Below, piece by piece: positions 28,649 through 39,040 of a stretch of 60,485 bases of DNA; position 1 is the stretch's first letter, and every line of letters starts with the position of its first letter. The stretch lies in NCBI GenBank assembly GCA_944386345.1, contig CALXAR010000002.1:1-60485 (forward strand), read 5' to 3'. The stretch is from an uncultured Clostridia bacterium. Lineage in GTDB: Bacteria > Bacillota > Clostridia > TANB77 > CAG-465. The notes beneath the pieces were generated by a model. That model saw nothing but the letters and a program-made list of their open reading frames with translations, was not told where the DNA came from and searched no databases. The position numbers and the translations under genes are program-made.

Positions 28649-31600
28649 TTAGACTTTTATATTCTTTCTACAAGTACTAGAATATTTACAAAATTCGCAG
28701 TAATTTTCTTTTTTGTTAGGAGATATTTTTACTTTACCACTTGATATTTCATCTCCTATTTGTTTTAATACTCTCTTTGTATCCTCACAAAGACTTTCAA
28801 ACTCTTTTTCTTCTAATACTTTGCTTGAATTTCTAGTAATACTTGCCTTTGTAACATCTATTAAACTATCTTTGGTGTTACTCTCAAAATTTCTATCCAT
28901 CTTATTTAATATTTCAATATCTTTTAAAAATATTCCATTCATTTTTAATCTTTTCATTAATTCTTTTTTTATTTTCTCATTATCTTGTTCATATTGTGCA
29001 AGAGAAACTAGTTTATCTGATAAATTAAAGTATACCATTCCAGCAGGTACTATCTTTTTATCCTTTTTGTTTTCCATAAAAGCCATCATATAACTTATAA
29101 GCTGTAAAGAAATACCTTCTTTTATTTTATCCAGTTTTAATTCTTTACCACTTGACTTATAGTCTACTACTCTAATATATATATTATCTTTAAATTCTAA
29201 CCAATCAACTCTATCTATTTTTCCAATAATCTTCATTGTTTTTCCATTTTCAAGCTCTATTTCCATTGGTAAAAAAGCACTATTATCTTTAAATTCAATT
29301 TCATAATCATATGGCTTAAATTCACTTTGATTATAACTTAAGGCTATAGTCTTAATAACTTTTTTCATGGTATTTATTAGCTTTCTTTTTAGCACCATAT
29401 ATCTTACACTCTGCTTTTGCTTTGATAAGTTCTTATCTATTAAGCCATATATTATCTGTTCTATAATATCTTCATATTCTGGTTTAATATCTTCTAAGGA
29501 ATCATCTAAGATTTCTTGCCACATTATATTTTTTTCCAATAGCTCTTTAGAAAAAATCTCCAGTACTCCATGCATAAAACTTCCTATTTCTAGTACATTA
29601 ACTTTTGCCTCTTTATTTGGAAGAACTTTTAGTATATACTGCATAAAATATGAAAATGGACATTTTTTATATAGTTCTAGCCTACTCACACTAGTTTTAA
29701 ACTCATTACTATATATTATATCTACTATCTCCTTACTAAGCTTAGAATCATCTTTTTTATACTCTAATATTTTAGAATACTCGCTATCTTCTTTAAAATA
29801 TTCATATACACTATATATTTTAGATATATCATCACTATCTTCTAAATTTTTTAAAGACCTTATTAACCACATAAAAAGAGAATCTTTAGATGTAATATCA
29901 TATATATTGCTATTTTCTTGTTTTTGAGTAACCTTTCCTTCAATCTTAACATTAGCTATTTGTTCAATAAGAGTTATTAAACTTGACTTTCTTGTTGCTT
30001 TTCCATCTAAAGTAGATGCTGGGATATAGATATATAGCATATCACTTATATTATTTAATGCTTCATATATATTAAAAAATCCCATATTTAGCTTGCTCAC
30101 TGTTGTCTCTCTTAATTCAATTTCTCTATCTTTTAAGTTTTCTAAATCATTATCATTAAATATAATATCCTCTTCGACACTTTCTGGAAATTTTCCTTCC
30201 ACTACCCCAATAAAGAACACTATTTTTTTAGGTTCAATTTTTGAAACATTAATATCTACTAGTTCTATTTGATCTTTTGCTGGTGGTAGAGTTTTTATAG
30301 TAACGTCTTTTACAACTAAATTAAATATATTGCTAAACTCCTCTATTGCAATCTCTTCACTTTTATATATTTTTACAATAGAGTCAAAAATTTCTGAAAG
30401 TAATCCCCATACTTGAGTTTCAAAATTATTATTATCTAAATCTATTAGCTCATTAGATTGTGAATCAATAATAGCAGAAAAATTGCAAAAAATATTATTA
30501 TTTTTTAAATGTTCATATATTTTTTCAATTATATATCTACACTCTCCGCTTCTTATCTCAGATACAAAAGAATACATTGATACTATTTTATCTTTTAATT
30601 TATTTAATTTTTCTAAATCATAAAACTCTTTTTCGTTATTTAATGTAAATGGATTATTAATTAAATACTTGTTTACATTAAATTCTCTAATATAATTTTC
30701 TAATATACATATGTCTTTTATATCTATATCTGTAAGTCCTTGTTTTAATATATCAAATATCAGCTCTAAGTTTAATCCTTTTAGACTTAAATTTAAAATT
30801 CCTTGGATATATTTTACCAGTATAGAATCAGATAATCTTTTGCTTTTAGAGACATATATATCTAGATTATTTTCATAAAAAACTTTTGTAATCACATTTT
30901 TATATTCATCTATATTAGTTGTATATACTGCAAAATCTGAATATCTATATCCTTCTCTTATTTTTTTAGATATTATATTTGCCACATCTTCTATCTCATT
31001 TAAAATGTTTGTATGCATTACAACAGATATATTTTCTAAATCAATCTTTTCATTTTCTTCTTTGACGTTAGAAAACAAGTTATTTGCTATATACTTTATA
31101 TCATATTTAGCACTAAATACATTCTCATATTTAACGATATTCTCAACTGAAGAATTATTTTTATCTGCTAAAGCACAAATTCTTTTATATGTCTTATTTG
31201 GAATCTCAAAAATACTTGAAGATGTATATATATCCTCTATTCTTGTTATATCTGTATTTAAAGATATAGTTATTTCTATTTCTAATTTAACAAGAGCATC
31301 TATAAATTTAAACTCACTATTTGAAAAGTTATTATATGAATCAAAATATATTTTTATATTAGATGTATCTTTAAACCACTCGGAATTACTAATATTTGAC
31401 AAAAAAAGCTCCATTTCTTCTACAATATCTATATAATCTTTCTTTATTTTCTCTAAAAACTTTTCATATATGGCTAAAATCTCTTTAAATTTTGAATTTG
31501 TCCTTTTATCTTTAATTTCTAAGCTAGCAATTTCTTTAGGATTAATCTCACTTTTTCTAAATAAATCCATATAAATATCTAATACATCTAAAAAGCCAGG

Positions 31601-31939
31601 ATAATTTTTTACTTTGCTATATATATTAAAAAGCTCTGGATTTTCCTTAATTACTTGAGTTAAAATTATTTTTCTATCAAGTTTTGTAATATATTTCTCA
31701 TCAATATGCAAATTTTGAAGTTTTAGCTCAGACTCAACAAATTCTGCAATTGTTGTAATATTTACCCCTATAACTCCTCTTTTATTTAATAATTTTAAGT
31801 ATTCTTCTTCTGCTTTTGCTCTAGACTGAGAAGGAACAAAAAGAATAACTTTAAAATCATGATTTAAGTCTTCCTCTATCATATTATATATATGACTTGT
31901 TTTTCCTGTTTTAGATTTTCCTAAAATACAATTAATCAT
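28649..31939 (-). CDS. addB: helicase-exonuclease AddAB subunit AddB
   Basis: N-terminal GKSKTGKTS Walker A; C-terminal RecB-family nuclease motif (VVDYKSSGK) flanked by Fe-S Cys (CPFSYF ... CEFCKYSSTC). Start moved to ATG 31939 after an AGGAG SD. Confidence 0.85.
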   Translation of the reverse strand: MINCILGKSKTGKTSHIYNMIEEDLNHDFKVILFVPSQSRAKAEEEYLKLLNKRGVIGVNITTIAEFVESELKLQNLHIDEKYITKLDRKIILTQVIKENPELFNIYSKVKNYPGFLDVLDIYMDLFRKSEINPKEIASLEIKDKRTNSKFKEILAIYEKFLEKIKKDYIDIVEEMELFLSNISNSEWFKDTSNIKIYFDSYNNFSNSEFKFIDALVKLEIEITISLNTDITRIEDIYTSSSIFEIPNKTYKRICALADKNNSSVENIVKYENVFSAKYDIKYIANNLFSNVKEENEKIDLENISVVMHTNILNEIEDVANIISKKIREGYRYSDFAVYTTNIDEYKNVITKVFYENNLDIYVSKSKRLSDSILVKYIQGILNLSLKGLNLELIFDILKQGLTDIDIKDICILENYIREFNVNKYLINNPFTLNNEKEFYDLEKLNKLKDKIVSMYSFVSEIRSGECRYIIEKIYEHLKNNNIFCNFSAIIDSQSNELIDLDNNNFETQVWGLLSEIFDSIVKIYKSEEIAIEEFSNIFNLVVKDVTIKTLPPAKDQIELVDINVSKIEPKKIVFFIGVVEGKFPESVEEDIIFNDNDLENLKDREIELRETTVSKLNMGFFNIYEALNNISDMLYIYIPASTLDGKATRKSSLITLIEQIANVKIEGKVTQKQENSNIYDITSKDSLFMWLIRSLKNLEDSDDISKIYSVYEYFKEDSEYSKILEYKKDDSKLSKEIVDIIYSNEFKTSVSRLELYKKCPFSYFMQYILKVLPNKEAKVNVLEIGSFMHGVLEIFSKELLEKNIMWQEILDDSLEDIKPEYEDIIEQIIYGLIDKNLSKQKQSVRYMVLKRKLINTMKKVIKTIALSYNQSEFKPYDYEIEFKDNSAFLPMEIELENGKTMKIIGKIDRVDWLEFKDNIYIRVVDYKSSGKELKLDKIKEGISLQLISYMMAFMENKKDKKIVPAGMVYFNLSDKLVSLAQYEQDNEKIKKELMKRLKMNGIFLKDIEILNKMDRNFESNTKDSLIDVTKASITRNSSKVLEEKEFESLCEDTKRVLKQIGDEISSGKVKISPNKKENYCEFCKYSSTCRKNIKV

Positions 31940-31940
31940 A

Positions 31941-32501
31941 TTACTCCTCTTCACTTAAGTTCTCATAATCTTTTATTAGCATCTGCTCGTCTTTTATTTT
32001 TATATTCTCATAATCTGGTAAATCCTCTATTTTATTTATCCCACAAGAACGTAAAAATTCATTAGTAACGCTATATGCAGCTGGTCTTCCAGGTAAATTT
32101 AGCCTTGCCACTTCTTCAACAAGTCCACATTCAAGTAATCTGCTAACTGCAAAATCACTATTAACACCTCTTATAGCTTCAATTTCTGTCTTAGTTATCT
32201 TAGGATTGTATGCAATTATTGCTAGTGTTTCCTTTGCTGATATAGATAAATTTTGTCTTTTAGTGTTCTCAACAAATTTACTTACTTGCTCATAATATTT
32301 ATTATTTGTAACTAGCTGTATCATTCCATTTACTTCTATTAGTTTTATGCCACTATTTTCATTATATTTTTCTCTTATCTTTTCTAATGAGTCTTTAATG
32401 TATTTTTCTTCAATACCAAGTGTGTTTGCAATTTCTTCTGTAGAAATCTCTCTACCTAGTGCAAATAATATTGCTTCAATTACATTATTTAAATCTTCCA
32501 T
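31941..32501 (-). CDS. scpB: segregation and condensation protein B
   Basis: IEAILFA...winged-helix repeats...GLVEEV.R...PGRP..Y.VT..FL signature; 186 aa. Confidence 0.85.
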   Translation of the reverse strand: MEDLNNVIEAILFALGREISTEEIANTLGIEEKYIKDSLEKIREKYNENSGIKLIEVNGMIQLVTNNKYYEQVSKFVENTKRQNLSISAKETLAIIAYNPKITKTEIEAIRGVNSDFAVSRLLECGLVEEVARLNLPGRPAAYSVTNEFLRSCGINKIEDLPDYENIKIKDEQMLIKDYENLSEEE

Positions 32502-32665
32502 ATCTTCTCTCCTATCACTTAACTTATTCTAGATTATATCAAAAAGATTCTTTTTTTTAAAGTATTTTATAAATAATATAGAAGTACATAGATATAAAAG
32601 GGTTAAGTTTTAATTAAAAATATGAAACTAATACAGGTTTTATATATTTAAATTTAGTATTTTCC

Positions 32666-32694
32666 TTGTTTTTATATGGCCTTTATGTTATAAT
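32666..32694 (+). promoter_or_regulatory. sigma-A promoter for the clpE-like gene
   Basis: TTGTTT, 17 nt spacer, TATAAT with TGn. Confidence 0.5.
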
Positions 32695-32744
32695 TTTCTA
32701 TATTGTTTAAGTATAAATAATATATATAGGAGATGATAAATAAT

Positions 32745-35075
32745 ATGCTATGTTCTGTATGCAAAAAAAATCTAGCTGTTGTCTTTATTAATAAACTTGA
32801 TAAAGATGGTAAGCCTACTGGAGAAACTACAGGATTATGTATTAATTGTGCTAAAAAACAAGGTATAGATCCATTAGCTAATATTATGAAAGAAATGTCT
32901 AACATGAACGAAGAAGATATTGAAGCAATGTCTTCTCAATTTGATAGCATGATGGGCTCCCTTGATGGTATAGATGAGCTTCAAGGACTTGATGATGATG
33001 ACGATAATAGCAAGCCTAATAGTTTTGGAAATATATTAGGAAATATTTTACCGTTTTCTAAAAATAGCAAAAAAGATGATTCTGATGATAAAAACAACAA
33101 AAAAAAGAAATCTAAAAAGACAAAATACTTAGATACCTTTGGCGAGAACTTAACAGAAAAAGCAAGGCTTGGAAAATTAGACAAAGTTATTGGAAGAGAA
33201 GTAGAACTTCAACGAATGATTCAAATTCTTAATAGACGTTCTAAAAATAATCCAGCTTTAATTGGTGAACCTGGTGTTGGTAAAACAGCAGTAATAAATG
33301 CTTTAGCTATGAAAATAGTATCTGGTGAAGTTCCAGGAAAACTTGTAAATAAAGAAGTTTATCTAATTGACATGACTTCACTAGTCGCAGGGACTCAATT
33401 TAGAGGACAGTTTGAATCAAGAGTAAAAGGACTAATTGACGAATGTAAATCTCTTGGAAATGTTATTCTTGCTATAGACGAAGTACACAATATAGTTGGA
33501 GGACTTGAGCATGATAATTCAATGAACGCAGCTAATATGCTAAAACCAGCTCTTGCCAACGGCTCTGTTCAACTAATTGGTGCAACTACTCTAAAAGAAT
33601 ATAGACAGTATATTGAAAAGGATAGTGCTTTAGAAAGAAGATTTCAGCCTGTAATGATTGACGAACCAAGCGAAGAAGATTGCTTTAAAATTTTAAAAGG
33701 AATTAAAGGATACTATGAAGATTTCCACAAGGTAAAGATTCCTGATGATACTCTACGTTATGCAGTAAATCTTTCTAGCAAATATATTCATGACAGATTT
33801 TTACCAGATAAAGCAATTGATCTTTTAGACGAAGCTTGTGCTCGAGTAAACCTTGAAGATTTAAATCTTGCAAAGATAGAAAAAGTACAAAAAGAACTAG
33901 ATGAGGCTATAGCACAAGAACAAGAAATTCAAGAAGAACTTGCAAAAGTGGCTGATATTCAAGAAAATCCAGGTAATACTGATAATTCTGTATATGAGCG
34001 AGCTGCTAAAAACAAAGAAATAAAATGCAAATTAAAAACTACTTTAGATGAGCTTATTGCAAATTCTAAGCCACAAGAAGTTACTTATGATAATATTGCT
34101 CAAGTTGTAGAGCTATGGACAAAAATTCCAGTAATGAGAATAAAGACATCAGATACTGAAAAACTACTTTCATTAAAGGATAACTTATCTAAGAAAATAA
34201 TAGGTCAAGATTATGCAATAAATAAGCTATCTAACGCTATTTTAAGAAAGAGAGCTAATATTACTTCTAGTAAAAGACCACCTTCATTTATATTTGTTGG
34301 TCCAACAGGTGTTGGTAAAACAGCTCTTGTAAAAGCGTTAGCTTATGAGTTATTTGATAATGAAGATGCTGTAATAAAACTAGATATGTCTGAGTATATG
34401 GAGTCTAACTCAACATCAAAATTAATTGGCTCTCCTCCAGGATATGTAGGATATGACGAGGCTGGTCAATTAACAGAAAAAATACGTAGAAATCCATATA
34501 GTATAGTATTATTTGATGAGATTGAAAAAGCTCATCCAAGTGTATACAACATATTGCTTCAAATCCTTGACGAAGGTATATTAACAGATTCTCAAGGACG
34601 AAGTGTTTCATTTAAGCATACCATAATTATTTTAACATCAAATCTTGGAACAAACTTTAAATCTGATGGATATGGATTTGCAACTAATCATATGGAAAAT
34701 GAAATGCTTGAAAATAAAACAGCAGAAGCGTTAAAAGAATTCTTTAGTCCAGAATTTTTAAATAGGATTGATGATATTATTACATTTAACAAATTAGATG
34801 ATAACACAATCTTAAAAATATCTGAACTTATGATAAAAGAACTACAATCTGAAACTAAAACAAGAAATATACTATTTGAATACACACCAGAAGTTGTTAA
34901 ATTTATTGCTAAGAAAGGACATAGTGATAAATTTGGCGCAAGACCTCTAAGACGTGCTGTTCAAACATATATTGAAGATATTCTTGCTGTAGGATTTATA
35001 AAAAATGAAATAAAAGAAAATCAATTATATAAGCTAGATGTTGATAAGAAAAAAGATACAATAGTTATTAAATAA
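32745..35075 (+). CDS. clpE: ATP-dependent Clp protease ATP-binding subunit, ClpE-like (two AAA+ modules, N-terminal zinc ribbon)
   Basis: N-terminal CSVC...CINC four-Cys ribbon instead of Clp_N repeats; D1 GEPGVGKTA and D2 GPTGVGKTA Walker A; a YGF tripeptide in D2 (ClpP-docking-loop-like). Alternative ATG at 32733 abuts the SD. Confidence 0.8.
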   Translation: MLCSVCKKNLAVVFINKLDKDGKPTGETTGLCINCAKKQGIDPLANIMKEMSNMNEEDIEAMSSQFDSMMGSLDGIDELQGLDDDDDNSKPNSFGNILGNILPFSKNSKKDDSDDKNNKKKKSKKTKYLDTFGENLTEKARLGKLDKVIGREVELQRMIQILNRRSKNNPALIGEPGVGKTAVINALAMKIVSGEVPGKLVNKEVYLIDMTSLVAGTQFRGQFESRVKGLIDECKSLGNVILAIDEVHNIVGGLEHDNSMNAANMLKPALANGSVQLIGATTLKEYRQYIEKDSALERRFQPVMIDEPSEEDCFKILKGIKGYYEDFHKVKIPDDTLRYAVNLSSKYIHDRFLPDKAIDLLDEACARVNLEDLNLAKIEKVQKELDEAIAQEQEIQEELAKVADIQENPGNTDNSVYERAAKNKEIKCKLKTTLDELIANSKPQEVTYDNIAQVVELWTKIPVMRIKTSDTEKLLSLKDNLSKKIIGQDYAINKLSNAILRKRANITSSKRPPSFIFVGPTGVGKTALVKALAYELFDNEDAVIKLDMSEYMESNSTSKLIGSPPGYVGYDEAGQLTEKIRRNPYSIVLFDEIEKAHPSVYNILLQILDEGILTDSQGRSVSFKHTIIILTSNLGTNFKSDGYGFATNHMENEMLENKTAEALKEFFSPEFLNRIDDIITFNKLDDNTILKISELMIKELQSETKTRNILFEYTPEVVKFIAKKGHSDKFGARPLRRAVQTYIEDILAVGFIKNEIKENQLYKLDVDKKKDTIVIK

Positions 35076-35078
35076 GTT

Positions 35079-35105
35079 AAAGGGAAACATTTTGTTTCCC
35101 TTTTT
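35079..35105. terminator. bidirectional terminator
   Basis: aaagggaaaca / tgtttcccttt 11-bp stem. Confidence 0.7.
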
Positions 35106-36129
35106 ATTGATTAACTTCAGTACTATACCAATAATAATTTCCAGCATCATCTAGTTTGTATGTATGCTTATAGTTTACTCCATCTGATTCTAGATACTTA
35201 CTTAAAAATTCCTCTTTATTCATATTTTCAAATAAAGAATTTCCATTTGAATTTGTCTCAAGAATATCATCTTTTATTATACTATTTTGCGCTGAATCTG
35301 AATATAGTGTCCATAAATTTCCCTCAGAACTAGTTTTTGTTTGATTCATTGCTATAAAATCTTCGTAAATATATACCTCTGTTGCATCTTCATTTGCTTT
35401 ACAGCTAGTTATACTAGTTTTATATGAAAAACTAGTTCCGCCACCACCTATGTATAGATGACCATAATAACAACTATCTTCTGGAACATATTCATAGACA
35501 TATCCTATGCCATTATCTGCATCTATAAGAGGAATTTCTTTATCTTGACCATAAATACTCTTATATGCTCTAGACGCTTCTTCTATTGTAATTTTTTTTG
35601 CCGAATATGAATTCATTTCGTTACCTGGAAAATTCATTTTATTATCAAGCTTAGATGAAATTTGACTTAAGCTAAGTGTAGATGAATTAGAACTCTCTAA
35701 AGCAAATAATAACTTGCTGTTATCAGATAAAGATTCAAATGTTGTCACCTCAGAGTTATATACTAAAGGTAATAAGTTATTAAATTTAGTAAGTTTACTA
35801 TATAATAGTGTTATAAAATCTCCATCTTCATTTAAATTAAGTTTTCTGACTTCTTTTACTATTTCTTTTGGTTCTTCTATATTCTCTTCTGATTTTTCTT
35901 CTTGAGTTTGAACTTGCTCCTCTTCTGATATAATCTTATCACCAAAAAATACCAAAAATATTATTGCAGAAATTAAAGCTCCAATTAATATTAATAGTAT
36001 AGATAAAAAAACACTTGGTTTTCTTCTTTGAAGTACTACTTTTGTTTCTATATTTTTATGTTTATTATTATCTTTTTTAATTACTTTTTCTTTTTTATCT
36101 TCAACTTTCTCTAGGTTATTTTCTTTCAT
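35104..36129 (-). CDS. hypothetical membrane-anchored protein (Lys-rich cytoplasmic N-terminus, 1 TM, Glu-rich linker, ~240 aa extracytoplasmic domain)
   Basis: AGGAGGGG SD; TM segment VFLSILLILIGALISAIIFLVFF; no recognised family. Confidence 0.7.
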   Translation of the reverse strand: MKENNLEKVEDKKEKVIKKDNNKHKNIETKVVLQRRKPSVFLSILLILIGALISAIIFLVFFGDKIISEEEQVQTQEEKSEENIEEPKEIVKEVRKLNLNEDGDFITLLYSKLTKFNNLLPLVYNSEVTTFESLSDNSKLLFALESSNSSTLSLSQISSKLDNKMNFPGNEMNSYSAKKITIEEASRAYKSIYGQDKEIPLIDADNGIGYVYEYVPEDSCYYGHLYIGGGGTSFSYKTSITSCKANEDATEVYIYEDFIAMNQTKTSSEGNLWTLYSDSAQNSIIKDDILETNSNGNSLFENMNKEEFLSKYLESDGVNYKHTYKLDDAGNYYWYSTEVNQ

Positions 36130-36178
36130 ACAACCCCTCCTAATTTTAGATTAACATAACCCAGAATAATTTTCAATA

Positions 36179-36778
36179 TTAACTCTCTAAATCTTCAATA
36201 AATCTATTTAGTTCATCTTTAGAATTAATATATGTTCCTTTTTCTACCATTTCTTTTAATTCATCTCTTAAATTATTTACATTTACACCTTGTATACTCA
36301 TAATTAAAGTACTTTTATTTTCTCCTTGAACAGAATATACATTAATATTGCTATTTTCAAGTATAACTTTAAAATGATTTGGACAATTCTCATTTAAAGT
36401 TCTTGTATAAACAATTTTATCTTCTGTTTCCGATTTTATACTATACATAAGCCCTTTTTCTTCTTGATACTTCTTTTCATCTGATTTTACCTTATCCATT
36501 GTAGTCCCGTACACCACTTTACTACTTACTATGCTCTCATTACAAACACTATAATTATCCTCATAAACAACAGTAATATCATAAGTCTTAGTAGAAGCTG
36601 TTATTACTAGCTCATTATTAGTAACTAATTCATAATTTTTAGCAAAGTCAACTACGCTTGTATTGTCTATATCTATACTTCCAAATGATGCTGTTTTAAT
36701 ATATCCAAATCCAATTCCAATAAATAGCAGTACAACCAGTGCTAAACAATATAATAATTTTTCTTTAACATCTATCAT
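36179..36778 (-). CDS. membrane-anchored protein with a BofC C-terminal-domain-like region (tentative)
   Basis: Start set at ATG 36778 (GGTGAT SD). The C-terminal segment NHFKVILENSNINVYSVQGEN...LRDELKEMVEKGTYINSKDELNRFIEDLES resembles the BofC C-terminal pattern (..G.I.F.....E......L.KGI.F.sK.Ef..viE.m). Confidence 0.45.
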   Translation of the reverse strand: MIDVKEKLLYCLALVVLLFIGIGFGYIKTASFGSIDIDNTSVVDFAKNYELVTNNELVITASTKTYDITVVYEDNYSVCNESIVSSKVVYGTTMDKVKSDEKKYQEEKGLMYSIKSETEDKIVYTRTLNENCPNHFKVILENSNINVYSVQGENKSTLIMSIQGVNVNNLRDELKEMVEKGTYINSKDELNRFIEDLES

Positions 36779-36827
36779 AATATCACCTATATAAATATGT
36801 TTTACACATTTATATATAATATACATT

Positions 36828-38945
36828 TTAAAACACAATTGCTCCATTTTTTTCTGTAAGATAAATATTAAATTTATATTTTTTTAGTAGCTCTACAACA
36901 ATATCATTAGGATGACCATATACTGATTTATCTGCTGAAATAATTGCAGAAGTATTATTGCTTATTTTAGATAAAAAGCTCTCATAACTAGAAGTCTTTG
37001 AGCCATGATGAGACACTTGTAATATATCTATATTCTGCAATTTATTGCTATTAACATTTTTTAATACACTCTGTTCTGTTTTTTTAGTTGAATCTCCCAT
37101 AAACAATATTTTTTTATTTTTAAAGTATATTAAATAAATTGTAGAATTTGCATTTTCAATATCATTATCTTCTATCTTAAAATCACTATATGAATTTAAA
37201 ACTTCTATTTTTATATCTCCTACTTCTATTTTATCCAAGTAATTTAAATCTAACTTAGCTATATTATCTTTTTTTATTAGATATGATAAATTATTAAATT
37301 CAGTAGTTTTAGTAGGTGTTTTGGAGAATCCTATTCTTTGTATATTTATATTGTTTTTGGTTAAATATTCTATTCCATTTATATGATCATCATGCATATG
37401 AGTTAATAATATTAAATCTATTTTTGTTATATTTTTAGCTTTTAAAAAATTATACATTATGTATCCAGCAGTATTTTTATTAGTAGAGCCAATGTCAATA
37501 ATCACATTTTTTGTTCCACTATGAATTAGTGCCATATTGCCCTGCCCAACATTAAAAAATATTATATACCTTTGAAAGTACGTAATTACTATATACCATA
37601 TAACAATATATATAATACAAAAAAATTTGATATATCTTATTCCTTTTTTTAATACGTGTCTATTTTTCCAAGAAATTAAAATAACTTTTTTTCCATATAG
37701 ATATATTAAAATTAAGGTAAAATATATAATAAAAATAGGTAAAGATAATTTAGGAAATGCTATATTAAAAAAGCTAAATTTATCTAGTATCTCTATTTGA
37801 AAGATAAAAACATATAATAAGTATTTACAAATTATAATTAAAATATCAGAAATAAGTGGAATAAATATTAATATAAATAGATAAAAACCAAATATCATTA
37901 AAATACTAAGAGTAAAATATATAAATATATTAGATATAATACTTATTAGTGGCAATTTATTAAAATAGTATATTTGAAATGGTATAATTAATATTTGCGA
38001 ACTAATCGTCATTGAGATATTCTCAATAATTACTCTATATAATTTTCTTTTTTTAGCCTTTAATGCTATGTAAATCTTAGACTCTACTTGAGATTGAAAA
38101 AAGTACATACTAAGTACTGATAAAAAGGAAAATATTACTCCAACATTAAAAATATAATATGGATTAATTATGAGTATAAAAATGGCAGTACTTATCCATC
38201 TTTTAATAAAGCTACTATTTTTATACACTAATTTTAAAAAATACATAAAAATAGCTCTTAATAACGATATATTAAAAAGTGATATAACATAAAAGTATAT
38301 TAATAGTATACAACTTATAATACTATTTTTCTTACTTCCAGTTATATTTTCAAAAGAAAAAAGCAAATATACTATATGACTTCCAGACACACATAGTATA
38401 TGACCTAGTCCACTATTAGTAAACTTTTCTTTTATATCTTCATCTAAGTAAGTATCATCCCCATAAATTAAACTCTTTAAGATATTTGCATATTTGCCTT
38501 TAATCTTATCTTCTATCTTTAATGAAATTTTTTCTCTTAAATTATATATAACGTCTACACATTTTTTGCTAGAACTTTCTTTATCTAATACTTTTATACA
38601 ATAAATTCTTGAGATAAACCCATTAGAATTCAAATATTTACTATAATTAAATTCATAGGGATTATTATATACCTTATTTTCATAATTACTACATAGTATT
38701 TTTATTCTATCTCCATAGCTATATATTTTTTTATCTTTTATATATAATAAGAATTTATCACCATTATGTCTTACGTTATATGATATACCATTATCTGAGA
38801 CTTTCTCTACTCCTATTATATCCACACTAATTACTTTATTTTCCCATATATCATACTTAAAATTATATAAATAAATTACATATATTGTTCGTATAATTAA
38901 CAATATAAACATTATTATTATTAGATTTTTAAAATTAATCTTCAT
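36828..38945 (-). CDS. comEC: DNA internalisation-related competence protein ComEC/Rec2
   Basis: Polytopic competence domain plus a C-terminal metallo-beta-lactamase domain with LTHMHDDHINGI (HxHxDH); no clear SD at the annotated ATG. Confidence 0.85.
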   Translation of the reverse strand: MKINFKNLIIIMFILLIIRTIYVIYLYNFKYDIWENKVISVDIIGVEKVSDNGISYNVRHNGDKFLLYIKDKKIYSYGDRIKILCSNYENKVYNNPYEFNYSKYLNSNGFISRIYCIKVLDKESSSKKCVDVIYNLREKISLKIEDKIKGKYANILKSLIYGDDTYLDEDIKEKFTNSGLGHILCVSGSHIVYLLFSFENITGSKKNSIISCILLIYFYVISLFNISLLRAIFMYFLKLVYKNSSFIKRWISTAIFILIINPYYIFNVGVIFSFLSVLSMYFFQSQVESKIYIALKAKKRKLYRVIIENISMTISSQILIIPFQIYYFNKLPLISIISNIFIYFTLSILMIFGFYLFILIFIPLISDILIIICKYLLYVFIFQIEILDKFSFFNIAFPKLSLPIFIIYFTLILIYLYGKKVILISWKNRHVLKKGIRYIKFFCIIYIVIWYIVITYFQRYIIFFNVGQGNMALIHSGTKNVIIDIGSTNKNTAGYIMYNFLKAKNITKIDLILLTHMHDDHINGIEYLTKNNINIQRIGFSKTPTKTTEFNNLSYLIKKDNIAKLDLNYLDKIEVGDIKIEVLNSYSDFKIEDNDIENANSTIYLIYFKNKKILFMGDSTKKTEQSVLKNVNSNKLQNIDILQVSHHGSKTSSYESFLSKISNNTSAIISADKSVYGHPNDIVVELLKKYKFNIYLTEKNGAIVF

Positions 38946-38997
38946 ATTAAAAGATTATATATACTTTTTTATCTTTTTCAAATTTATAGTTTGTTAA

Positions 38998-39025
38998 CTA
39001 TATAACTATTTTTGTCATATACTCT
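38998..39025 (+). promoter_or_regulatory. sigma-K-like promoter for the glycosyltransferase gene
   Basis: AC, 17 nt spacer, CATAtacTC (one mismatch to CATAnnnTA), 15 nt upstream of the ATG region. Confidence 0.35.
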
Positions 39026-39040
39026 AAAAGGAGGATTATT

